Positions 26,212 through 35,040 of a DNA stretch of 64,000 nt are shown piece by piece. The notes under the pieces were generated by a model, which was given only the letters and a program-made list of their open reading frames with translations, was not told the DNA's origin and made no database searches. Location of the stretch: positions 78,167 to 142,166 of the forward strand of contig JAAXUA010000001.1 in assembly GCA_013336275.1 (NCBI GenBank). Reading direction: 5' to 3'. The translations under genes were made by a program, and so were the position numbers. Position 1 is the first letter of the stretch. Every line of letters starts with the position of its first letter. Source of the DNA: Candidatus Falkowbacteria bacterium (GTDB lineage Bacteria > Patescibacteriota > Patescibacteriia > Patescibacteriales > GWE2-39-37).

Positions 26212-27450
26212 ATGCGACAATCAAAATTCTTTACTAAGGTAAGCCGAGACTTGCCTAAGGATGAGGAAAGCTACAATGCCCAGGTCCTGATCAGGGCAGG
26301 TTTCATCGACAAGGTCGGTGCAGGTATCTATACTATCCTGCCCCTGGGCTTGCGCGTTTTGTCGAAGATAAACCTGATTATCCGCGAGGAGATGGACCGG
26401 ATTGGCGGGCAAGAACTCTTGATGCCTGGACTGAATCCCAAAGAAGTCTGGCAGGCAACCGGACGCTGGGAAGGTTTTGATGCCTTGTTCAAGCTGAAAG
26501 GCTCTGATAGCAAGGAATACGCATTGGGCGCAACGCATGAAGAAATCGTCACGCCATTGGCTAAGAAACACATCTTCTCTTACAAGGAACTGCCGGTATA
26601 CCTCTATCAGATCCAGACCAAGTTCCGCAACGAGAAGCGCGCTAAGGCCGGCCTGATCCGCGGCCGTGAATTCTTGATGAAGGATCTCTACTCGTTCCAT
26701 ACCGACGAGGACGACCTGAGCCGTTTTTACAAGCTAGCGCAGAAAGCCTATTTCAAGGTCTTCGAGCGCTGCGGCCTGCTCGACGTGACTTATCTCACTT
26801 TCGCCTCCGGCGGCGCATTTTCAAAATATTCGCATGAATATCAGACAGTCACTGAAGCGGGCGAAGATACGATCCATATCTGCGACGATTGCCAGATCGC
26901 TATCAATCAGGAAATTATCGAGGAACAGCCGGGCTGCCCTAATTGCGAGCGCACTGATCTGCGCCAGGCCAAGGCGGTCGAAGTCGGCAACATCTTCAAG
27001 CTGAGGACCAAGTTCTCGAAAGCTTGCGGTCTGACTTACAAGGATGCCGAGGGCGAACAGCGCCTGGTCGAGATGGGTTGCTATGGCATCGGCCCGACCA
27101 GGGTCATGGGCACGATCGTCGAGGTCCATCATGACGACCGGGGAGTAATCTGGCCGGAGACCGTGGCACCGTTCAAGCTCCACCTCATCAGCCTGAACCA
27201 GGCCAAAGTCGCCGAAGAGATCTATGAAACTCTTTTGGAGAGAGGCGTCGAGGTATTGTTCGACGATCGCGACATTTCGGCTGGCGAGAAATTCGCCGAG
27301 GCCGACCTGATCGGCTGCCCCTTCCGCGCGGTCGTCAGCGAGAAGACCTTGGCTCAGGGAGACAAGGTCGAGGTCAAGCGCCGCAAAAACGGCACGGCCG
27401 AGCTGGTGAGCATCAGCCGCCTTTTGGACATGATGAGCGTAAAGAAATAA
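26212..27450 (+). CDS. proS: Prolyl-tRNA synthetase, compact form without INS editing domain
   Basis: Class II motifs (FRNEKRAKAGLIRGREFLMKD; GCYGIGPTRV) and a C-terminal anticodon-binding domain. CDDC...CPNC occupies the place where the INS domain normally sits. I prefer ATG 26212 over the track's TTG 26200. Confidence 0.9.
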   Translation: MRQSKFFTKVSRDLPKDEESYNAQVLIRAGFIDKVGAGIYTILPLGLRVLSKINLIIREEMDRIGGQELLMPGLNPKEVWQATGRWEGFDALFKLKGSDSKEYALGATHEEIVTPLAKKHIFSYKELPVYLYQIQTKFRNEKRAKAGLIRGREFLMKDLYSFHTDEDDLSRFYKLAQKAYFKVFERCGLLDVTYLTFASGGAFSKYSHEYQTVTEAGEDTIHICDDCQIAINQEIIEEQPGCPNCERTDLRQAKAVEVGNIFKLRTKFSKACGLTYKDAEGEQRLVEMGCYGIGPTRVMGTIVEVHHDDRGVIWPETVAPFKLHLISLNQAKVAEEIYETLLERGVEVLFDDRDISAGEKFAEADLIGCPFRAVVSEKTLAQGDKVEVKRRKNGTAELVSISRLLDMMSVKK

Positions 27451-27454
27451 TCGG

Positions 27455-27790
27455 ATGAACCAGCCGACGATCCAGGAAATCACCGACGAAATCATGGCTT
27501 TGGCCAGGGACAAGAGTTGGGGAACCGAGCCGGAAGATGTCAATCTGCCAGAAAAATTCGCTTTGCTCCACAGCGAAGTGAGCGAGGCCTATGAAGCCTT
27601 CCGCCGCGATAACTTCGACGGCAAGGACGGCGTCTCGGAAGAGTTGGCGGACATCGCCATCCGTCTGCTGCATCTGTCTGTGATATTCAAAGTTGATTTG
27701 GCTGGCGAGATCGCCAAGAAGATCGAACGGAACCGCTCGCGCGAATGGAATCATAAGAACGAAACATTATCAAACAAGAATGCTAAATAG
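27455..27790 (+). CDS. MazG-like nucleotide pyrophosphohydrolase (small all-alpha NTP-PPase)
   Basis: The pattern EVSEAYEAFR...EELADIAIRLLHL is the EExxE/D metal-binding helix pattern of MazG-like proteins. Confidence 0.7.
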   Translation: MNQPTIQEITDEIMALARDKSWGTEPEDVNLPEKFALLHSEVSEAYEAFRRDNFDGKDGVSEELADIAIRLLHLSVIFKVDLAGEIAKKIERNRSREWNHKNETLSNKNAK

Positions 27791-28823
27791 ATTTTTCGGA
27801 AAATTCAGCCACGACTTGGGCATCGATCTGGGGACCAAGAACACCCTGGTCTATGTCCAAGACAAGGGCATTGTCATAAACGAGCCGACTGTCGTCGCCG
27901 TCAACGTCCGTACCGACGAGATCTTGGCGATCGGCGAAGAGGCGAAAAAAATGATCGGCAAGACACCGGCGCACATCCAAGCGATCAAGCCGTTGGTTGA
28001 CGGCGTCATCTCGGATTTCGAGGTGACGGAAAAGATGCTCAAGTATTTCATCGATAAGGCGCACGAGGGCGGTTTCGCCCTGTCGCCGCGTCCGCGCGTG
28101 ATCATCGGTATCCCGCTGGACATCACAGAAGTGGAAAAGAAGGCGGTGGAAGACGCGGCCAAATCGGCCGGCGCCCGCAAAGTCTTCCTGATCGAGGAGT
28201 CGATGGCCTCAGCCATCGGGGCCCGCCTGCCCGTAACCGATCCTCGGGCGACCATGGTGGTCGATATCGGCGGGGGCACGACCGAAATCGCGGTCATCTC
28301 CCTGGGCGGCGTCGTCACCTACAAATCCTTGCGTTTGGCAGGCAACGAGCTCGACAACAATATCATCCAGTATATCCGGGAAGAATTCAATCTCCTGATC
28401 GGCGAGCAGGTGGCGGAGAACATCAAGATCCGCATCGGTTCGGCGATTCCGTTGCGCGAGCCGATGGATATGGATGTGCGCGGGCGCGACTTGATCAACG
28501 GATTGCCGCGCAACATCGTCATTAATGATATGCAGGTGCGCGAGACGATCGGCCGCAGCCTGCGTCAGATAATCGAAAATATCAAGATCACTTTGGAAGC
28601 CACCCCGCCGGAGCTGGTGGCGGATATCTACGAGCACGGCATCGTCCTGACGGGCGGTGGCGCCTTGCTGCGCGGGCTGGATAAGGCTATCGCCCAGGAA
28701 ACCAAAATACCGGTGCGGGTCGCCGATGATCCGCTGATCTGCCTGGTGAAGGGAACAGGCATCCTCTTGTCTGACCCGGAGCTTTTGGCCAAGGTCAGTT
28801 CACAGCCGGCCGATGAGCTGTAA
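27780..28823 (+). CDS. mreB: Rod shape-determining protein MreB
   Basis: Contains LGIDLGTKNTLVYV, VVDIGGGTTEIAV and GIVLTGGGALLRGL. I chose the start at ATG 27780. The track's 29-aa N-terminal extension overlaps the MazG-like gene and is rejected. Confidence 0.95.
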   Translation: MLNRFFGKFSHDLGIDLGTKNTLVYVQDKGIVINEPTVVAVNVRTDEILAIGEEAKKMIGKTPAHIQAIKPLVDGVISDFEVTEKMLKYFIDKAHEGGFALSPRPRVIIGIPLDITEVEKKAVEDAAKSAGARKVFLIEESMASAIGARLPVTDPRATMVVDIGGGTTEIAVISLGGVVTYKSLRLAGNELDNNIIQYIREEFNLLIGEQVAENIKIRIGSAIPLREPMDMDVRGRDLINGLPRNIVINDMQVRETIGRSLRQIIENIKITLEATPPELVADIYEHGIVLTGGGALLRGLDKAIAQETKIPVRVADDPLICLVKGTGILLSDPELLAKVSSQPADEL

Positions 28824-28831
28824 GATTACGT

Positions 28832-29635
28832 ATGAAAAAAGTCAATTGGAAAAGAGTCGGTTATTTCGGGGCAGTTATCGGGCTGCTTATTTTTTTGCAT
28901 TATCTCAAAGTCTTGGCTCCGCTCGAATCCCGCCTGCATTCAGCGCTTAATCCGGTTCTGGGGCGATTCTACGCGGCCGGGGCCAAGGTCCGCTTGCTTT
29001 ACAATTCCCAGACTGATCGGCGCGACTTGGCGAGCGCGGCAGAAGAACTGACGCACCGGGTGAATCGGTTGACCGAGGAGAACGCCCGGTTGAAGGCTTT
29101 GGAAAATGAAAATGAGACCTTGCGGGAGTTCCTGAAATTCAAGAACAACAACGGCCGCAAGACCGTCCTCGCCGCCATCATCGGCAAGAGCGATCTGGAT
29201 CAGGCCAATCAGACGGTCATGCTTGATCGCGGCAGCAAAGACGGACTCGCCCTAGGCCTGGCCGTACTGAACGAGGACGGCCACATCTTCGGCAAGGTCA
29301 TCGACACCACCGAAAACAGCGCCCAGGTCTGTCTCGTCACTTCCAGCCAATGCCAGTTCGCTGTCGCGATACAGAACAAGAGCAGGACCATCGGCATCGC
29401 CAAAGGCGACCTCGGATTGACCGTCAAGATGGAGCTGATACCGCAAAGCGAAGTGATCAAGAACGGCAACGTCGTAGTGACCTCCGGCTTGGAGCGCAAC
29501 ATCCCTGGCGGCATCGTCGTCGGCAGCGTGAGCCAGGTAATCAAGGAAAATAATGAATTATGGCAGGACGCCAGAATCGAGCCGATGATCGGCATCGATG
29601 ATACGATGATCGTTTCGGTTTTATTATCCAAATAA
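28832..29635 (+). CDS. mreC: Rod shape-determining protein MreC
   Basis: N-terminal TM, coiled coil (LTEENARLKALENENETLREF) and a C-terminal beta-barrel with VVTSGL...PGGIVVG. It sits directly after mreB. Confidence 0.85.
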   Translation: MKKVNWKRVGYFGAVIGLLIFLHYLKVLAPLESRLHSALNPVLGRFYAAGAKVRLLYNSQTDRRDLASAAEELTHRVNRLTEENARLKALENENETLREFLKFKNNNGRKTVLAAIIGKSDLDQANQTVMLDRGSKDGLALGLAVLNEDGHIFGKVIDTTENSAQVCLVTSSQCQFAVAIQNKSRTIGIAKGDLGLTVKMELIPQSEVIKNGNVVVTSGLERNIPGGIVVGSVSQVIKENNELWQDARIEPMIGIDDTMIVSVLLSK

Positions 29636-29640
29636 CCGTC

Positions 29641-30183
29641 ATGAAATACAAAGCCTACGCCCAATTCATCGGATATTTTTTAGCAGCATTGCTGCTGGTC
29701 TTCTTGCAGCTGGGTTTTGTCAGCGGTTTGCCTGACGGGGCGAGAGGTGTCGATCTGATAATGATTTTTCTCCTGATCCTCCTGGTGGTCACAGATCTCA
29801 AGACCGCATTCATCCTGACCGTGTTGTGCGGCTATTTCATGGACAGCTTTTCCTTCCAGCCGTTCGGCGTCTATCTTATAAGCTACAGCCTGACGGTCTT
29901 GGTCGCGTATTTTTTCTTGGTCAGTTTCTTCACTAACCGTTCGCAGTATTCGTTCTTGGCCCTGGTCGGCTTATCCACGCTTTTTTACGGACTTTTTCTG
30001 AGGATAAGCGACGCGGTATTTTCGCTTTCCCTCGGCCAAGCGCCGCACTATGCCATGTCTATCGAAGGCGGCTTGGGTCTGGCTGCCAGATTGGCGCTGA
30101 ATCTGCTGGTGGCGCTTCTGAGCTTCCAATTCGTCAATTTCGCCAGCCACCGCTTGAAGCCGGTATTCATTTTTAAAGGCTGA
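29641..30183 (+). CDS. mreD: Rod shape-determining protein MreD
   Basis: A 180-aa polytopic membrane protein in the canonical position between mreC and PBP2. Confidence 0.65.
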   Translation: MKYKAYAQFIGYFLAALLLVFLQLGFVSGLPDGARGVDLIMIFLLILLVVTDLKTAFILTVLCGYFMDSFSFQPFGVYLISYSLTVLVAYFFLVSFFTNRSQYSFLALVGLSTLFYGLFLRISDAVFSLSLGQAPHYAMSIEGGLGLAARLALNLLVALLSFQFVNFASHRLKPVFIFKG

Positions 30184-30192
30184 TTACCTATT

Positions 30193-32286
30193 ATGAGATT
30201 CAAGGATAAAAACAGCGACCTCGAACCATCGGCCAACGACCCCTTCATCATCAGGCAGGGGCGGATTCGCAAGGGCCGCATCAACACCTCATACCGCCTT
30301 GGCTGGACGGAAGACTCGTTCATCATGGACACTGGGGGCAAAGAGACTATCGGCCGGACCTTCAACGCCGACAAGTCGAAATATCTGATTTTCGCCCTGG
30401 TCTTCCTTTTGAGTTTCCTTCTCTCCCGCTCGGCCTGGCTTCAGGTGATCAAGGGAGATTATTACTATAAGATGGCCGAAGGCAACCGTATCCGCGTCGA
30501 GCGCATCGAGCCGCGGCGCGGCGTCATATATGACCGGCATCTCGATCCTTTGGTACGCAACCAGGCCAATTTCCTGGCTTACGTCGTGCCCGCAGATTTG
30601 CCCAAGGATGCCGAGAAGCTCAAAGCAATCGAGATGCGGATCAGCGAGATACTTTCACCGATGAATTCCAACCGCATATTCTCGACAGATATCGAATCGG
30701 ATCGTAACCTGACCGTGACTGAGCTTTTCGACGCCATCCACGGCCGCTTGGACAAGGTCAAACGCGGTTCGCTCGAGGCTTTGCGGCCGGTCTTCATCGC
30801 CGACATGATCCCGTACGAAAAAGCGCTTCTGCTCCAGCTGGAGTCGGCTAATTGGCAGGGCGTTGTCGTCTCCAGCAAGGTCAGCCGCGATTACAACTTG
30901 ACGGCGCAGTCCTTGTCGCACATCCTCGGATACACCGGCAAGATCAGCCAGAAAGAGCTGGACAAATATGGCGATGAGTACCTGCAGATCGACTATATCG
31001 GCAAATCCGGGCTTGAGAGCTTTTGGGAGAATGAACTAAGAGGAACTAATGGCAAGAAACAGATCGAAGTCGACGCCCTGGGCAGGGAGAAAAAGATTAT
31101 CAGCATCCAAAACAGCCAAGACGGCCATGATTTGGTACTGTCTTTGGATATGGATTTGCAGCAGAAGATCGAGCAGGTCACGGTTGCCGCGCTGGACAAG
31201 GCCAAATTGAAGCGGGCGGCCGTGGTGGCGATCGACCCGCGCAACGGAGAGATATTGGCCTTGGTCAACCTGCCAGCCTATGATGACAACCTTTTCGCCC
31301 ACGGCATCGGCTACGATGATTATCAGGCCTTGCTTAACAATCCTGACCGGCCGCTGTTCAATCGTGCCATCTCCGGCGAGTTTCCCTCCGGCTCTACCAT
31401 CAAGCCGGTTATGGCGATCGCCGCCTTGGAGGAGGGCATTGTCACTGAAAATACGGCTTTTTTGAGCAATGGCGGCCTGAGGATCAGCCAGTGGTATTTT
31501 CCCGACTGGAAAGCCGGCGGCCATGGCATGACCAATGTCCGCAAGGCGATCGCCGAATCGGTCAATACTTTTTTCTATATCGTCGGCGGAGGGTATCAGG
31601 ATACCAAGGGATTGGGCGTAGATCGCATCACCCGTTACGACCGGCTGTTCGGACTCGGATCGCAGACCGGCATCGATCTGCCGGGAGAAGCGACCGGTTT
31701 CGTGCCTTCTAAACAATGGAAAGAAGAGACTAAGAATGAGAGCTGGTATATCGGAGACACCTATCATCTATCGATCGGTCAAGGCGACCTGAACGTCACG
31801 CCGCTGCAAGTCGCGGCTTATACCGCGACATTCGCTAACAGCGGCAAGCTGATGCAGCCGCACCTGGTCAAAACCATCATCACTTCAAAAACCGGAGAGA
31901 AAAGAGAGGTAGCGCCCAATCCGGTACGCCAAGACTTCGTTGATCCGTATAATATGAAAATCGTCAGAGAGGGCATGCGCCAGACCGTGCTGGCCGGCAG
32001 CGCCAGAAGCTTGCAAACGGTTCCGGTGCCGGTGGCTGGCAAGACCGGCACGGCCCAGTGGTCATCAAAGAAAGACCCGCATGCCTGGTTCACCGGCTTC
32101 GCGCCCTATGATGAGCCGACCATCGCAATCACCATATTGGTTGAAGAGGGCAAGGAGGGCAGCGCTATCGCCGTACCGATCGCGCGCGAGGTCTTGTCGT
32201 GGTATTTCAGTCCTCATCTGCCCAAAGCCTCCTCGTCAACGCATCCTGCACCCGTGAAAGCTACATCAACGGCGTCCGCTAGGTGA
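30193..32286 (+). CDS. mrdA: Penicillin-binding protein 2 (elongation-specific transpeptidase)
   Basis: PBP dimerisation domain plus a transpeptidase domain with the SxxK motif (PSGSTIKP), SxN (ESVN) and KTG (AGKTGTA). Confidence 0.9.
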   Translation: MRFKDKNSDLEPSANDPFIIRQGRIRKGRINTSYRLGWTEDSFIMDTGGKETIGRTFNADKSKYLIFALVFLLSFLLSRSAWLQVIKGDYYYKMAEGNRIRVERIEPRRGVIYDRHLDPLVRNQANFLAYVVPADLPKDAEKLKAIEMRISEILSPMNSNRIFSTDIESDRNLTVTELFDAIHGRLDKVKRGSLEALRPVFIADMIPYEKALLLQLESANWQGVVVSSKVSRDYNLTAQSLSHILGYTGKISQKELDKYGDEYLQIDYIGKSGLESFWENELRGTNGKKQIEVDALGREKKIISIQNSQDGHDLVLSLDMDLQQKIEQVTVAALDKAKLKRAAVVAIDPRNGEILALVNLPAYDDNLFAHGIGYDDYQALLNNPDRPLFNRAISGEFPSGSTIKPVMAIAALEEGIVTENTAFLSNGGLRISQWYFPDWKAGGHGMTNVRKAIAESVNTFFYIVGGGYQDTKGLGVDRITRYDRLFGLGSQTGIDLPGEATGFVPSKQWKEETKNESWYIGDTYHLSIGQGDLNVTPLQVAAYTATFANSGKLMQPHLVKTIITSKTGEKREVAPNPVRQDFVDPYNMKIVREGMRQTVLAGSARSLQTVPVPVAGKTGTAQWSSKKDPHAWFTGFAPYDEPTIAITILVEEGKEGSAIAVPIAREVLSWYFSPHLPKASSSTHPAPVKATSTASAR

Positions 32287-32329
32287 TATCGCCTTTTTTT
32301 GGTATAATGTAAAAAAATAAACTTACATT

Positions 32330-34219
32330 ATGAACAGGCCACTATTCGGCTCAGCCATAGCCGTCTTCAGCTTATTCTTGTCGCTTGCGTTTTCTCCTGG
32401 CCAAGCTGCAGCCCAGACTGCCGAGGCCAAGTGCGATCCGATCAAGCTCGAGTTCGTTTTCCGCAATCCGAAAGGAGACTTCCTGCCCAACGTCAATGTC
32501 GAGCTCTGGTGCCAAACTGAAGACGCCGATCGCAACCCGGTCCAATGCGGCCGCCTAGCCGGAGGCAAGACCAGCTCGGTCAGCGGCAAAGCGACGGTGA
32601 CTTATACTCCGCCGAAGGATGCTGCCAACAAGACCATCATGTATGCCTTGAAGGTCTACGACAAGAATCCGGAGGTGGCTAATTTCTGGTATTTCAACGA
32701 ACTCAACTTATCTTGCGGCCAGGAACTGTCAGTGACCAAAGTCTTGCCTGGCATCCGTTTCGTCTTCCGTGACCAGGACGGAAACCTCAAGAAGAATGTG
32801 AAGTTTTCCCTATATACCCAACGCTACGATATCGAGAACCGTCCGATCAACGAGAAGAAAGATCTGGTCACTTCGGACCTGGATACAGGTGCCACCGGCG
32901 AGGCCTATATTTTTGTGACTGACAAGTCCCATGCCTTCAGGCAGTCTGGCGGAGACTATGTCCTTAATGCGAACCTGGGAGGCAGCGTCGGTTATATCGA
33001 GAATTATCTCCACGTCAACGACCAGATGCTGACCGAATACGAATACGTCTTCACCGATATGGTGCTGATTGCTGAGGATGCCAACGGAAAATTGATTCCG
33101 GCCGGCAAGACGCTGGAATTTTATGAACAGAAACAGGACGTCAAAGGCAAGCTGATCCTGGGAAAGAGCATTAAGCGGGTAACTATCGACAGCAAAGGGG
33201 AAGTCTTGTTCGAATACCCGGCCGGCACTTACGCCGTGGTAATGAAAGACGACCTAGGAAACACCCAGACTTTTTGGAATATCACCTTGGAGCGGTATAA
33301 GCGCGAACGGAAGAAACTGGTAACGAATGTTACCCGCTTCGACGTCAAGGATGCGGCCGGTAAAGCGGTTATCAATAAAGCAGTCCAGCTTTACGGCGTG
33401 ACTCAGGATTATAAAGGCGATTATTTCCGCGGCACGCGAATAGGCCAGATCATGCTGACTGAGAAGGGTTACGGCGAGGCCATCCTGGCTCCAGGCAAGT
33501 ATCTTTTTACCATTTCTTTGCCTCTGGATCGCAAGATCATCGAGTACGGCCGGGTCTTCACTATAGAATCAGGCAAGCTGCAGAAGCTGACCCTGAAGGC
33601 TCAAAAAGATAATGTTTTAGAGACAGGTAAGATCCTTCCAGCGCCAGGAACCGGACCGATCGCGGCAATCGCCAAGAAGCTGTCAGGCTATATCCTGCTC
33701 CAGACCGAGAGCAAGGGCGAAGCTTGGTATGTTTATGGCACCAACAGCAAGCGATATTATATGGCCGACGGCAGCGCGGCTTACCAGGCCATGCGCAAGC
33801 TCGGCCTAGGCATTACCAACAATGATTTGTCCAAGATACCGATCGGCATCAGGTCGGATATCGGCGGGTTCGACACCGACGGCGACGGTCTGGCTAACCA
33901 GCTTGAAGAGGCGATCGGTACCGATTCGGCCAATAGCGACACCGACGGCGACGGCTACCAGGACTCCAACGAATTCAATAACGGCTTCAATCCTTTGGGC
34001 AGCGGCAAGCTGAATTATGATTTGAAATTTGCCAGCCGGCTCAAGGGCAAGATATTGCTCCAGACCGAGAGCAAAGGCGAGGCTTGGTACGTCAATCCTA
34101 AAGACGGCAAGCGGTATTATCTGGCTAATGGTGACGCCGCCTACCAGATCATGCGCCTCTTGAGTCTGGGAATTTCCAATCAAGATCTCGAGCAGATCGG
34201 CGAAGCGACTATCCAGTAA
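32330..34219 (+). CDS. Secreted repeat protein (signal peptide, beta-rich N-terminal modules, two copies of a 54-aa LLQTESKGEAWYV module flanking Asp-rich Ca-binding-like repeats)
   Basis: Signal peptide ends ...GQAAA/QT. Residues 450-503 and 570-623 are about 60% identical. DTDGDGL and DTDGDGY (thrombospondin type 3-like) lie between them. Confidence 0.7.
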   Translation: MNRPLFGSAIAVFSLFLSLAFSPGQAAAQTAEAKCDPIKLEFVFRNPKGDFLPNVNVELWCQTEDADRNPVQCGRLAGGKTSSVSGKATVTYTPPKDAANKTIMYALKVYDKNPEVANFWYFNELNLSCGQELSVTKVLPGIRFVFRDQDGNLKKNVKFSLYTQRYDIENRPINEKKDLVTSDLDTGATGEAYIFVTDKSHAFRQSGGDYVLNANLGGSVGYIENYLHVNDQMLTEYEYVFTDMVLIAEDANGKLIPAGKTLEFYEQKQDVKGKLILGKSIKRVTIDSKGEVLFEYPAGTYAVVMKDDLGNTQTFWNITLERYKRERKKLVTNVTRFDVKDAAGKAVINKAVQLYGVTQDYKGDYFRGTRIGQIMLTEKGYGEAILAPGKYLFTISLPLDRKIIEYGRVFTIESGKLQKLTLKAQKDNVLETGKILPAPGTGPIAAIAKKLSGYILLQTESKGEAWYVYGTNSKRYYMADGSAAYQAMRKLGLGITNNDLSKIPIGIRSDIGGFDTDGDGLANQLEEAIGTDSANSDTDGDGYQDSNEFNNGFNPLGSGKLNYDLKFASRLKGKILLQTESKGEAWYVNPKDGKRYYLANGDAAYQIMRLLSLGISNQDLEQIGEATIQ

Positions 34220-34238
34220 TCGAAAATATAAAAAAAGA

Positions 34239-34275
34239 GGAGCAGGTCTTTGCGGACCTGCTCCGTTTTGTTGTT
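34239..34275. terminator. Bidirectional terminator between convergent genes
   Basis: Hairpin ggagcaggtc-tttgcg-gacctgctcc with an A-run upstream and gttttgttgtt downstream. Confidence 0.75.
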
Positions 34276-34283
34276 GGACAAGA

Positions 34284-34820
34284 TTAGCTCTTGACCATTC
34301 TCAGTGCTTCTACTACCAAACCATGTCTTGCGCCAAATCTTTCAGCCCGCGTTAGTCCCAATTCGCCTTTGCCCATGAACAGGTCGATTTGGTTAGGGTT
34401 TTCGATCATGTCGTCGCCCGTGTCTTCCGCAATGCCGATAAAGATCGTTTCAAGTTGCCCGTGCTTGTTTTTTTCTTTGATTTCCAGGGTAGTACCGTAT
34501 GGAAATCGTTCTTTGTTGACGGCTATGGTGCCGATCCTGGGAGCAACCCCGGATGCGGTGATAATACCTTGGCCTTGGAATCTGACCTCCTCTCGGTAAG
34601 TCCGCATTTGACCGTTAGGCTTGCGGCTATACCGTTTCTGATTCCTGAGAGGGGCGTAGTAGGCTGTTACCTTGATTCCTTTGCATCTTTTGATGACTTC
34701 GTACTTGGGCGGTTGCGGCGTTGGTGCGGTTACTGCGGGCGGGATTTTGGCGTTTGACAGGCTGGCCGGCCACCATGATAGTAACATCAGGGCAACGGCA
34801 AGGCTGGCAAAAGTCTTCAT
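34284..34820 (-). CDS. Secreted 3D-domain protein (MltA/RlpA-type double-psi beta-barrel, cell-wall lytic/binding)
   Basis: Signal peptide, then VTAYYAP...GQGIITASG...GTIAVN...PYGTTLEI...IAEDTGDDMIENPNQIDLFMG, which matches the 3D-domain pattern. Confidence 0.75.
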   Translation of the reverse strand: MKTFASLAVALMLLSWWPASLSNAKIPPAVTAPTPQPPKYEVIKRCKGIKVTAYYAPLRNQKRYSRKPNGQMRTYREEVRFQGQGIITASGVAPRIGTIAVNKERFPYGTTLEIKEKNKHGQLETIFIGIAEDTGDDMIENPNQIDLFMGKGELGLTRAERFGARHGLVVEALRMVKS

Positions 34821-34950
34821 CTCTCCTTCCTCCTTAGTTTTTATTTGCTCAAAGAGCAGTATGTAAACAAAAAAACTGCCCGCCCGACTCGGGTGAGTAG
34901 TTTTTCTGATTTTTTATATTATAATTCAATATTGCATATTTGTCAACGGT

Positions 34951-34979
34951 TTGACTTTGTTCGGGGCTAAGCTTATCAT
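34951..34979 (+). promoter_or_regulatory. Putative sigma70 promoter
   Basis: TTGACT, 17 nt, TATCAT, lying 62 nt upstream of the ATG at 35041, which has a GAGGAGG SD. Confidence 0.45.
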
Positions 34980-35040
34980 TAGATAAACGCTCATTGGTAA
35001 CAAAAATACCCAATATTAAATAAAACCGAGGAGGTGCAAG

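Noticed and set aside
27693-27779. N-terminal extensions proposed by the ORF track for mreB. The same applies to dnaJ (43536-43613), htrA (45798-46046), the ZIP transporter (62674-62853), hrcA (38330-38368) and lepA (58337-58357).
   Set aside because: The extensions overlap the preceding gene or a tRNA-derived repeat. They are Arg/Ser-rich and lack homology to the family N-termini. Internal ATGs reproduce the canonical N-terminal motifs.
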